DNA of 64,000 nt. Origin: an uncultured Clostridia bacterium. GTDB lineage: Bacteria; Bacillota; Clostridia; Christensenellales; UBA1242. This document shows positions 1 to 11,300 of the stretch, piece after piece. Position 1 is the first letter of the stretch. Each line of letters begins with the position of its first letter. The notes beneath the pieces were generated by a model. That model was not told the origin of the DNA and searched no databases. It saw nothing but the letters and a program-made list of their open reading frames with translations. The stretch is taken from contig CALVMK010000062.1 in the NCBI GenBank assembly GCA_944345545.1, positions 4,538 to 68,537 of the forward strand, in the 5' to 3' direction. A program made the translations under genes and the position numbers.

Positions 1-3000
1 TAATTTTTTGTAGTTATGTTTGTTATTGACTGTTTTAAAACATAAACTATAACTGTTTGTCTATAACCATTTGCCGCAGTAAAATTGATGTAATATGTCC
101 CTTCGTAATCTTTAAAATCATTTGAATTAAACTTAAATGTAAAACTAGGGTTTTTATTTTCATCATAATGATAAATAAACTTAATTGATTCTGCCTCATT
201 TTTACTTAATGTGCTAGAAATTATATTAAAATAGTTGTTAGTTCCTGTTTCAGTTATTTTTGCAAAACTAATTTCTACAGTATCATTTTCTTTATTATCA
301 GTAACCCATTTATCAATATTTAAAGTAAATTCATCATTTGGTTCAACATAAAGCTCAGTGGTATTCATTAGCATTTCTGTTGTACCTTTTTCTATTTTAA
401 TAAAAGCATCAAATTGAGAATTTAAGAAATTAAAATCCATTTCATAACTATTTTCGTTAACTACAAAACTAAATTTTGGTGTGATACTTAAATTTATTAA
501 ATCATTTGTATCTTTATCTGCTTTAAGAAGTAAAGTTTGACCTACAAGAGATGGAATTATAGAAGTTTGATTATTGCCATTAATATCAAGTTGAATATTG
601 GCTGTAAACTCTTCATTTTTTACAAGTTCGACGCTTATTGGATTTCCATAACTATCTGTAATTAATTCTTCATTAATTTTTGTTATGTCATTTGCTGTAT
701 ACTCTAAAGTTAATTCAACAGAATCGTCAAGTTTTATTCCAATGTAACTTCCTTGATTTGAAAGATAAGTATCATTATAAATTTTTACTTTAAAATTATC
801 TGTTTTATTAATTACATAAACATAAACATTCTTTTTTATTTCACTATTTAATAAAGAAGTTGCAGTAATTTCAACAAGCCCTGTTCCCCATAGTTTAACT
901 TTGCCTTGTTCATCGAATGTTAAAATTTTACTATTGCCAGAACTTAATGTAACATTTTCTGGGTTTTTAAAGATTATAGGAAAATCTTGAACATTTAATT
1001 TTGATATTAATGTTTGTAGCGAAGAATTTTTAGCCTCATAATATTCTAAATAGCTTACAACATCAACACCATCTAATAATTTTGATTTTTCCGTATCGAT
1101 AACTATTGAATCTTCTTGATATACAAAACTTCCTTGTTTATACATCAAATTATAGTTATCTAAATAACTAATAGGGCCTTGATTGTTAGAAAATTCTTGA
1201 TAATAATATGCATTATTTAAAGGCTTTAAAATTGTGTCGTCAACATCATCTCCTGCAAAGGTATTTGCATAATTACCACTTACGGCACTTAGCATACTAG
1301 TTAAATTTCCGTTGTAACATAATTGAACTATATTACCAGTAATTATTCCACTTATTTGTTCCGCACTTTGACCAGAACCTATTGTATAAGTGTTTTTACC
1401 AGCCACTGCACCAACATAATTACCTGCAGTTACAAAAGTTCTAATTAAACAATTTTGAATTGTTCCTTTTAAGTTTTCATTGTTTACACTAAATGCGTTT
1501 AATCCAGTAATACCACCAGCATTTTCACTCAAACTATTTGCACTAACTATTATTTTTACATTTCCAGAAACTTTTACCCCATCAATCATGCCAACGTTAA
1601 CACCAGTTACTCCACCAATCGTCTTAACATCTTGTCCAGAAATATTTCCAATTAAAGTAAAGTCCTTTTCCCCTGTAACATTTATTTCTTCGTTTTCATT
1701 TTTTAATAGATTGATATTGCCGTTGTTATATCCCACAACTCCGCCAACATAAGTTCCAAACTCATCACTTGCAGAAAAACTGTTTTTTACATAAAATTCA
1801 TCTTTAATACTAATCAAATTTTTAGAATTATCATTAATTATATTCCCACTAGAAGCACCTGCTAAAACTCCAACAAAAACATTTTCGTCTAAGTTAACAT
1901 TAACTCCTTCGTTTTTATTAGTATAATCATTTAGAAGCGTAACAGATAAATTCTTTAATGTACCTTTGTTTTGCCCACAAACTAAACCAACATACTTTGC
2001 AGAAATAGCATTTGAATTTGTTGACAAATTGTAACCCAATTTACCAGTAATAGTTAAATTTTCAATGTATGCGCCTTCTTCTATATAAGCGAAAAGACCA
2101 AGATATGATGTATCACCTATTGTAGTTGGTGTTTTAATATTCAAATTAACAAACCCTGCAGTATCTCCAATTCCTTTAATGCTTCCTCTAAGCACTCCAA
2201 AAGTTGTTAAATTTACACCATTAAAATCTAAAGTTGTTGAAACGGCATAATGTTTTGTTAAACTTTGAGAGTTAGATGCAATTTCAATAAAATCTTCTAC
2301 TGAGTTTATGTAAATAGGGTTATCTTCCGTTCCATCACTAGCTATAATAGTAATATATTGCAAGCTAGACTCTTTAATATCATCATTGTTCACTTCTTTT
2401 GTTGTGTACCAATCTTTAGGAATAAAATATAATCTACCACTTCCTGCCCCATAAGCATTATTATAATTGATTGTTATTTCACTATCTGTCTTTGAGTAAT
2501 TAATAATATTAATATTTGTTGTGTCATCTGGAATAAATTTTAAATCAAACTCAGTACAATCACTTTCAATAGGATTTAAAAAATAACTAGATTTATAACT
2601 TTGATTTCTATCATCTAAATAAATCGTGCTTTGATAATCATATAAGCCTATAGAACTTAATCTTGTAAAATCTTGAACGTTCAGTGTAACAACACAATTA
2701 TAATCTACCCCGAGCAAATTCAAATTAAATGAAAACCAACAACTATTTGTTGTACTTGAAATATCCCCATCATTACAAATAATTCTTAAACTTAAATCAT
2801 TTATATCTATAATGTAACTGCCAAAAAACATTAGCGTATTTCCATAATAGGTTTCATCACCACTTACTTCCACATTATCAGAAACTTCAAGATTACCGTT
2901 TATTAAAGAAGTTTTATAAAAATATGTAGCATCTAAATCTAACTTATTTATATAATTTGTGAAATCATTTGCTGAAATGACTTCTCCTGAAAATAACGTT

Positions 3001-5336
3001 GCAAAAGGATAAAGAATTGCTTTAGAGTAACTCTTTTCTATTCCATAATAATATCCAACACCATTATTAGAACTCGTGTCTAAATTATAAATAGGAATAT
3101 TACTAGCTTGTTGAAAAACTCCACTAGATACTTCTTGCTTAAAGCTTAAACTTTGAATTGGAATGTAACATGTAACATTGATTGTATAAACTATAGTTTT
3201 TTCGTCATCTATGTCAATTTTTTTGAAGTCTATTACAGAGCCAAATGTCATTGTGAGCTCAATGCTAAAACTTGAAATATAAACATTTTGTTTTAAATAT
3301 GGAGAAATACTTAATGTATTGCTAAAATTTGAATATTCACAATCTAACGTATCTATTTCTTCAGCGTTATAGTCATAAGTGATAGAACCAGAATATAAAG
3401 TTGCTGTTTGTGGCGAAACTAAAAACTTAAACAAAGTTTCTGCCCTATCACGCTTTTCCATAATAGTTAAGTCATAAGTTTTTGTTTCTTTGTCTTCAAC
3501 AAATTTAACAATGTTATCATTCATTTCTACACCAAAGTTAGATTCTGAAGGCAAAGCTGATGCTTCAACATTAACAAACAATTCTGTAAAGCAACCATTA
3601 GGAAGATAAATCGTAACTTTTCCACCACTCCCTACAGCTAGCGGAGTTATTTTAATTTCAGGCTTGTCTGCATCTAAAACTTGTTCAACAGTAAAGTATG
3701 AAGCATTTGAATATCTATAAGTAAAAACTCCCCAATATGCTCCTTCTGTTATAGTGAAATCTGAAAAGGTTTTGGTAATACTATTTGAATCATTAATATC
3801 TAAATATAAAACATTTTCCGCAGTAGGATAATTTACTTTAAAATCTTTTGCACCAGGTTTTATTTCAATTTTATATTCATTTTGAACTCTATTTTCGTCT
3901 CCCGCTAAAATATATGGACTCACAACTTCAACACGAATATAAATTCCATTTTCTCCATCATAAACATTCTTACCCAAAAGAGTTATTGGACTAATTAAAA
4001 CATTATTTTCAAAATCTGCATTTGAAATTATGATATATCCTTCTTCATTAGGCTCTCTTGTAATGTTTTTGTAGGTTAGAGTAACATAATCACTCCAATT
4101 TTCAATTTTTTCACCATTTGAATCACAAAAATCTATTAAAATTTGTGTAAAAGAGCTATCTAAAGAATAAACAATTGGAGTTAAATTTACACTTGCAATA
4201 CTAACATTATAGTTTACATCAAAAAGATTAATAGTTTCACCAGTTTCTAATTCATTAAAAATAACAGAATTTGGAGCACTAACAATTAAAATTGAATATT
4301 GTTTTGTAACTTCATACCCATTATAATCTTCGTATTTCAATGTAATTGTAAGGGTATCAGTGCCAACATAAACGGTTTGAACATTAAAAGTAATAGTTGT
4401 ATATTCTTTTTTTGTGATTTCCACAACAGAAAAATTTGTGTTTGCAGTTACTGAAATGTTTGATACATTCAAATTTAATTCCATTTCAAGCACAACATTT
4501 GCTCTTGAACTGTCATTAGAAACAAGCTCTATGGTTTCCAATGCTCCTTCTGGAACATTTTCTCCAATAGGAGTTATAAGAACAGGGTTATGAATAACCA
4601 GTCCACCTCTTTCCACCATGTATAAGCCGTTAACCTCAATATCTTCAATAATATCAACTACAAACGTTTGCTCAATGCTTGAGTTATATGCGGAAACAGC
4701 TTTCAAAGTAAAATTATTATCTAACACATTAAAAATTTCATTTGACGTAGTATAAATTCTTACACGCAAAATTGTTTGTTCTTCTTCGTCTACATTTTCT
4801 GCAACAATTTTTTGCACTTGATAATCTGTGTTATTAACAGTGTAAAAATATTGTAAATCTGTTTGTGTAGTATTAGATGGCACAAAGTTGAAAAGATTTT
4901 TTGGAGTTAAATCTAATTGAAAACCATTTTCTCTAACCACAAACGCATTATTAGAATTTCTTGAAAAGCTTTGTATGTTTTCATCAACTTTAACATAAAT
5001 TGTTAATGATTTGTTACCTTCTAAAGATTTAACAGCAATAGAACCTTCTCCAACTGTTAAGGCTTTAATTGTAAAAAGTGTTTTACCCCCACTTAAAACT
5101 TCAGAATCGATAACGCTAACAAACTCACTATCGGGGCTTAAATTGACGTAAGTACTAACACCATTTGGTGCATTTTTCACGGAAATAGTAAGCTGACGTT
5201 CTTCGCCAACAGACATTTGAATATTTGTTGCGTCTGCAACAATTTTCATATCTTTGTATGGATCACCGCAGGCAGTGAGCAAAAGCCCACTGACTGCTAA
5301 AATAATTCCACACAAAACCCCGAATAATTTTTTCAT
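1..5336 (-). CDS. Giant surface lipoprotein, second tandem paralog (N-terminal part only; the ORF runs off the window at position 1; at least 1778 codons)
   Basis: ATG at 5336-5334 follows GGAG with a 6-nt spacer (GGAGAAAAAA-ATG). Hand translation gives MKKLFGVLCGIILAVSGLLLTAC|GDPYKDMKIV.., a lipobox. The supplied track lists no minus-strand ORF fragments in 1-5336, as expected for a frame with no in-window stop. Spot translations ending at 2342 (ASDGTEDNPIYINSVEDF..) and 1529 (SENAGGITGLN..GTIQNCLIR..YVGAVAGKN) are in the same frame as the ATG. Confidence 0.8.
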   Translation of the reverse strand, partial: MKKLFGVLCGIILAVSGLLLTACGDPYKDMKIVADATNIQMSVGEERQLTISVKNAPNGVSTYVNLSPDSEFVSVIDSEVLSGGKTLFTIKALTVGEGSIAVKSLEGNKSLTIYVKVDENIQSFSRNSNNAFVVRENGFQLDLTPKNLFNFVPSNTTQTDLQYFYTVNNTDYQVQKIVAENVDEEEQTILRVRIYTTSNEIFNVLDNNFTLKAVSAYNSSIEQTFVVDIIEDIEVNGLYMVERGGLVIHNPVLITPIGENVPEGALETIELVSNDSSRANVVLEMELNLNVSNISVTANTNFSVVEITKKEYTTITFNVQTVYVGTDTLTITLKYEDYNGYEVTKQYSILIVSAPNSVIFNELETGETINLFDVNYNVSIASVNLTPIVYSLDSSFTQILIDFCDSNGEKIENWSDYVTLTYKNITREPNEEGYIIISNADFENNVLISPITLLGKNVYDGENGIYIRVEVVSPYILAGDENRVQNEYKIEIKPGAKDFKVNYPTAENVLYLDINDSNSITKTFSDFTITEGAYWGVFTYRYSNASYFTVEQVLDADKPEIKITPLAVGSGGKVTIYLPNGCFTELFVNVEASALPSESNFGVEMNDNIVKFVEDKETKTYDLTIMEKRDRAETLFKFLVSPQTATLYSGSITYDYNAEEIDTLDCEYSNFSNTLSISPYLKQNVYISSFSIELTMTFGSVIDFKKIDIDDEKTIVYTINVTCYIPIQSLSFKQEVSSGVFQQASNIPIYNLDTSSNNGVGYYYGIEKSYSKAILYPFATLFSGEVISANDFTNYINKLDLDATYFYKTSLINGNLEVSDNVEVSGDETYYGNTLMFFGSYIIDINDLSLRIICNDGDISSTTNSCWFSFNLNLLGVDYNCVVTLNVQDFTRLSSIGLYDYQSTIYLDDRNQSYKSSYFLNPIESDCTEFDLKFIPDDTTNINIINYSKTDSEITINYNNAYGAGSGRLYFIPKDWYTTKEVNNDDIKESSLQYITIIASDGTEDNPIYINSVEDFIEIASNSQSLTKHYAVSTTLDFNGVNLTTFGVLRGSIKGIGDTAGFVNLNIKTPTTIGDTSYLGLFAYIEEGAYIENLTITGKLGYNLSTNSNAISAKYVGLVCGQNKGTLKNLSVTLLNDYTNKNEGVNVNLDENVFVGVLAGASSGNIINDNSKNLISIKDEFYVKNSFSASDEFGTYVGGVVGYNNGNINLLKNENEEINVTGEKDFTLIGNISGQDVKTIGGVTGVNVGMIDGVKVSGNVKIIVSANSLSENAGGITGLNAFSVNNENLKGTIQNCLIRTFVTAGNYVGAVAGKNTYTIGSGQSAEQISGIITGNIVQLCYNGNLTSMLSAVSGNYANTFAGDDVDDTILKPLNNAYYYQEFSNNQGPISYLDNYNLMYKQGSFVYQEDSIVIDTEKSKLLDGVDVVSYLEYYEAKNSSLQTLISKLNVQDFPIIFKNPENVTLSSGNSKILTFDEQGKVKLWGTGLVEITATSLLNSEIKKNVYVYVINKTDNFKVKIYNDTYLSNQGSYIGIKLDDSVELTLEYTANDITKINEELITDSYGNPISVELVKNEEFTANIQLDINGNNQTSIIPSLVGQTLLLKADKDTNDLINLSITPKFSFVVNENSYEMDFNFLNSQFDAFIKIEKGTTEMLMNTTELYVEPNDEFTLNIDKWVTDNKENDTVEISFAKITETGTNNYFNIISSTLSKNEAESIKFIYHYDENKNPSFTFKFNSNDFKDYEGTYYINFTAANGYRQTVIVYVLKQSITNITTKN

Positions 5337-5349
5337 TTTTTTCTCCAAT

Positions 5350-8300
5350 TTACTTTTTAAAAAGTACTCCATTAAATTTTTCAGTGTAAATATAATCATT
5401 TGCATCAACAGTGATAGAATAATAATCTTCCCATGTCCAGTATCTTGTAAATGAAACTATTCCTAAATCAAAAACTTTATAACTTGCAATATAGATTGTT
5501 TCTTCTCCAGATTGAACATATCCAATATAGTGAACACCATCAATTATTTTGTAGTCAACATTTTCAGTATCTTTAAATAAAGTAAGTGTTTCACCAATTT
5601 GAAGTGTTTTTGCCTTTGAATCGTCTTGTGAAATATAAACATTATACGTATTATTTGAATTATCATAACTTACATAACTATAGGAATCAATAGGTAAATT
5701 TTTTAAATAAGGTAAACCGTCATTAATAATTCCACTAGAATCTATAGTCCAGGCCCCGCTATCAGCGAAATCCCAAATTTGAGCTTTAAAACTTCCACCG
5801 TTTTGAGCACTACCATTATCTATAGCATCATTAATAATTGTTTGCTGTTCTTCACTAATAAATTCTTTAGAAATTGTTCTTTGCCTTAAATATCCTATTA
5901 CATAACAAATTCCACCATCTTTTGGGTAAGATCTATATATCAAATTAACATTAGCTAAATCCCCTTCAAACACTGGTTGTAATGAAATTTGAACTTTATT
6001 ATTTTGACTATCATAAATGTAATAAGGATTTTCTATTACTGGCGTTCCATCTATTTCATAAGAGTAAGTAATTATATTTTTTTGTTTTGTTTCACCATTA
6101 ATCTCGTAACTGTAAAACTCATCAGATTTTTCTTCAAAAGTAATTTTATTGCTTATTTCGCCTAAATACAATGGATTATCATTAATAATGTAAGCTTGAC
6201 CGATTGTTATATCATTAAAACCTATTGTGCAAACTGTTTGATAATCTTTTGTTTTATCAAATGAATAATCATAACCATTTTGAGCTATTCCAGTTACGTT
6301 TCCGTTTTCGTCTGTTGTAAAGCTATTTTCACCAAGAACCCCTTTAACTAAATACCCCGCAAATCCTTTAAGAGCTTCTTCAGGTTCTCCACCTGTGATA
6401 GATATATTTTTATAATCATTAATATACTCTGTGCTTGTTTCATTAGATTTTAAATTAAACGTCAATGTTCCACCTTCTTCAGTAAGTCTAACGATTCTTC
6501 CAACATTATCATTTACATCTTCATAAATAATTACATATGGATTTTTTATAGTTGCAGTATTACCAGAAGTTGTTATTGAACCACTTTGATAATAAATTCT
6601 TTGATAATTAGTAATATTTTTATTAATCAATGAACCCGCACCAGTATAATACTCTTTATAATTTTCATCTAAAGTTGTTTCAAGATCAAATATAGAATAA
6701 TCTTTTGTGTTTAAAATTTGTTTACCATTATCCGTTTGAACCACAAAATAATCTTGTTTTGAAGGCTCACTTTCCACAGAATACTCTTCAGAGAAGTAAA
6801 GATATTGGTTATCTTTATAAGTTAAAGTGTTTACTTGATATTCTGCACTGTTAATTGTTATTTCATCTCTGTCTGTGTAATAAATGTATTGATCACCATC
6901 ATCTATGATATTAGTGTAATCTATTGTAGTTTCACCATAAGTTGCCATATTCTTCAATTCATCAATAGTAAGATTTGCACATTCGTCATTTATTCCATTA
7001 AAATCGTCATACATTACATTTTCTTTTGATTGAGTTTTTCCTGTATTATAATTGTCCCCATCAGTTTTGCAAGTGTTAGCAACAGAAAAACTGTTTAAAA
7101 TATCAGAGTTATATCCAATAGGAGCAACATAAGAACCTGTGAACATTTCAACATCGTCATCATAAGTGAGCCCTTTTTTATTTTCTCCTTCGCCAACTAA
7201 TGTATTATTATAGTAACTTGTATTCATAATCAAATTATCATGAGTTAATTCACTAGTTTGAATACTATATATTCCTACAGAATTTTCTCCAACTATTATG
7301 TTAATGTTTCCATCAGCATTAGGTACCAACAAGCACGTATCACTTTTAGGATTATCCCAAAACAAAATTAATATCGCAGCCTCAGCAATAACACCTGCAA
7401 CTGGCACAACTGCAGTAACTAATTTACCAATACCTTTAGAAATTAATTTTGTAGTTATTGCAGTGCCTGCTCCTGCTAATGCAGACATCCCGCTAGAAAC
7501 TGATGTAATCTCAACAACTTTAGAAGTAAGTGTTGGCAACTCAATTTGTAGATCTGCCCCTGCGTTTTTTCCATCTCTTGTTACTTTGCCATTTACTACA
7601 CTCCAGTCTCTTCTAAATACTGAACCTTCTGGTATATCTCCTTCTTCCTTTCCTACTTCTTGAGTAGTATACATGTTAAACTCTCCAGATCTTCCTGCAA
7701 CGTAGTTTTCAGCAAGCAATGAATATGTTATATCAATTCTTCCTTTTATATCCTCATTTTTAACACCATTAGTTTCCTTTTTTATAGTTTCGACTATATC
7801 ATCTTCGTTGTTTGTTATTTCACCAATGTTGTAACATGAAATAATATCTGCATCATTATTTGCTATTCCAGAAGCATAAGCATCTCTCATTACCATTCTA
7901 ATATAAACTGCATATATTATAGATTGATAATTATGATCTCCTTGTGCCATAGAATTTTCATATTTAGAATGCATTAAATATGTTTTTGCAACAAGTTTAT
8001 AAGCATCATTAAACTGTTGCACATCACCATTTTCATCTTCTATGAAATTGCCATCATCATCCAATTTACCTAAATTGAAATATCTGTTATTTTCTGGGTC
8101 AGGGACATTTGCATTGGCTCTAATGTTTCCTTTGTTATAGCAATCTTTAATAGTTATAATTGAATTTATTTCGCCATTTACAATTTTATCTATAGTTTCT
8201 TGGTCTAAATTGCTATAATCTTCGCTTCTATTTGTAAAGCCAGCACCTAAAATTCCGCCTGCATAAGCTGAATCTGCCATTGAAGGATCTGAAAAACTAC

Positions 8301-11300
8301 CATTATCTGCCACTTCACTTCCTGCAACAACTTCGCCAGTGTTATAACATTCATTAATATTAACCGCAATGTTAACATCAATGTTTTCATTAACAAAGCC
8401 TAAAATTCCGCCCGCAGTTATGTCTACATAAACAATGATATTATTATCATCTACACTGGTCTCTTCTAAAGTGTTTCTATTACCAATACTTTTAACGCTA
8501 GAAGATATGTTAGCACATTTAGAAATTTCCACACTTCCACTTTCTGCATAACCAACAATACCACCAGCATTATTAAATCCAGTTATAGAAGAATTAATAA
8601 CATAACAATTAGTTATGATTGCATCTTTTGCAATTCCCGCAATACCACCAGCCGAACTATTTAGTTTATATTTAGAAGAATTTGCAAAATTTTCTACTGT
8701 TACGTTTTCAAGAATAACATTCTTTATTTCTGCTGGATTAGCTGTTTCTAACCTAGGCCCAACATAACCAAACAAGCCAGAAGCTATCGAATTTTGATAA
8801 ATATTATTTTTTGTATTATCAAAACCTACAATTTCAACATTTGATATTATATTATCATTCCCATTGAAAGTTCCACTAAAATAATTATTTTTTTCATCAA
8901 GATATTGATTAGTAGAATTTAAAGTTCCAACTGGGTTGATAGTTTCAACCTCAGCACTTTCGAAATCTATGTTATAAATAAGTTCAAAATGTGCGTCCCA
9001 ATTATATAAACTTGTTCCATAATAATCTGATTGGATTGTTACAATTTTTCCATTTCCACCAGATTTTGTTAATTGTTGCCACTTTCCTGCACTTTGAATT
9101 TGGAAAGGATTTTCTTTAGTGCCATCACCTGTTTCAACAATCATATAGTTAGAAACATTGCCTTCAGCCATAAATCCTGTTCCACCAAAATATGGATAAC
9201 CGTAGTTTATTAACGGATTTTGTGTAAATTTTATTGTTGAAAGATTATCGTTTAAAATACCTGTGTTAAATGTTGTTCCATTAAATGTGTATGTTGACAT
9301 ATCATCAACAGTTAACTCCTTCACATTATTAGAAGAAATTTCTGTAGAATTTATGTCGTAATAATTAGATTCTCCTGCACCTTTACCAAATACACCTATT
9401 TCGCCTTTTGTTACGGCATCAGTCTTAACTTTAGCTTTTGCAATGCTATAACTGTTTGAAACGCTATTTTCATTTTCGTCGTAACTAAATGAGTAAGTAT
9501 AACCGTTAGTAAAGTTAGCATTATTTTGAACAAAGCCAGTGCTATAACATGAATCTATTTGCCCTTTGTTTTTACCAACTAAACCAGCTAGGTATACATT
9601 TTCAACTGTAGAAGAATCTGTTACTATATCAACCATTGAGAATGAATCAGCGATATATCCAGTTGTCTCGTTTATAGCAACTAATCCACCTACAATTAAA
9701 TTATTAACACTAACATTTTCTGTTCCATAAGTGTCAGGGACATTATTAACACTAATACCACCAGCAGTTCCCATTGTAGTTTGCACTTTAGCATCATCAG
9801 ACCTATTTTGTGAGTTGATTGTGTTGCACGCATAAACTATGCCTTTATTTATTCCAACAAGCCCACCATAATAAGCAGTTGCAATTTTTGATGTTGAATT
9901 ATTTTCACCAGCAATTTCTTCTACATAATAATGCGTTAATTGTGAGTCGTCATAAGTTCTAATGTCAACTGCAACTTGAACTCCAGTAACAAAACTATTT
10001 TCATCTAATATGTTAATAAAGTTGTTAGATATGTAATTATTTGAAGAATCAATTTCAGTTTCTATTGAAATCTTTATTCCATCTCCAAAAATTGCACCAT
10101 TGTTTAAAGTAATGTTTTGAATATTATAAACTGCGTTATCAACACTATCAATACTATCAATTACAAAATATTTTCTTTCTGGCATTGCAGTAGAGAAAGG
10201 ATCTTCACCATAAGCACCTAAATATAAATTATAAACGCTTTCAGCAACTTCCTTATTTTCAATTATTGCCCAATTTTTGCTAGTAGTGTTATATTCTGCA
10301 ACATTATTGTTATTAGCTTTAATATAATTCCCTTCGATATGGAAAGGATTTAACTTACTTCCATAATGAACACTAGAAATTAAATTGATAGTTGATTGGA
10401 AATTTTGATTATTAGAAATATTACTTAATGTTTGCTCATAACCAATGTTTTTTACAACTAAAGAATTAACTTCAGTATCTGTAGCTGTCATCAAAGCAAG
10501 TTGGTTAGAATAATAATTTTGAAATTCAGAATTACCATCTGTTGAAGTTGCATTGCTAACTGCACCCATTAATGCCCCAATATGACTATTTTCATCTCTT
10601 GAATATGGGAATATAATGCTAGCTAATGAATAATTTGTATGTAAAATTGCACCTCTTGCCCCTAATCCAACTAAACCGCCCACATAAGAAACACTAGAAG
10701 GTTTTTGTTTGAATTGCAAATCTGTGTAAGTTAAATTGTAAACTATTTTAACATTTGAACTGTCGCTATCGCTAACTGAACCTAAACCAGATAAACTGCC
10801 TACAATTCCGCCTACCCTAACACTGTTTGGAGCAATTTCTTTATTAGAGCCTACTATTATTTCTCCACCAGAAACAGAATTTGTAATACGCATGTTTAAA
10901 ATATTAGATTGCAATGTTGTTTTTTGAGTTGGAACTGCCCCTACAATTCCACCATAAATTATTTTTTTAGCATTAATATCAAAATATGATTCATTTAATG
11001 TGTTTTGAATAGTAGATATAACCCCACTAGATTCTTCACCATTAACACTATAACCAACATATCCAACAATACCAGCAAAAACATTATCTTTTTCAGCATT
11101 ACAATTAAAATCTAAACTTAGGCTTGACCATAAATAGTTGGCATTAAATGATTGCTTCACATATCCAACTACACCACCTACGTAAGAAACAGTATTTGAT
11201 GTGATTTCTACTTCACCATCAGTTTTTACATTATTTATAAGCAGTTTATCAGTTACATTTCCAAGAGCACCGCCAAAATAGAATATTTCATCTGAATTAT

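Noticed and set aside
5331-5345. A-tracts around the start of the second giant gene (GGAG-AAAAAA-ATG-AAAAAA) as a slipped-strand phase-variation switch.
   Set aside because: Runs of 6-7 A are common throughout this AT-rich sequence. ATGAAAAAA is the normal Met-Lys-Lys start of signal peptides. No longer homopolymer or dinucleotide repeat is present.
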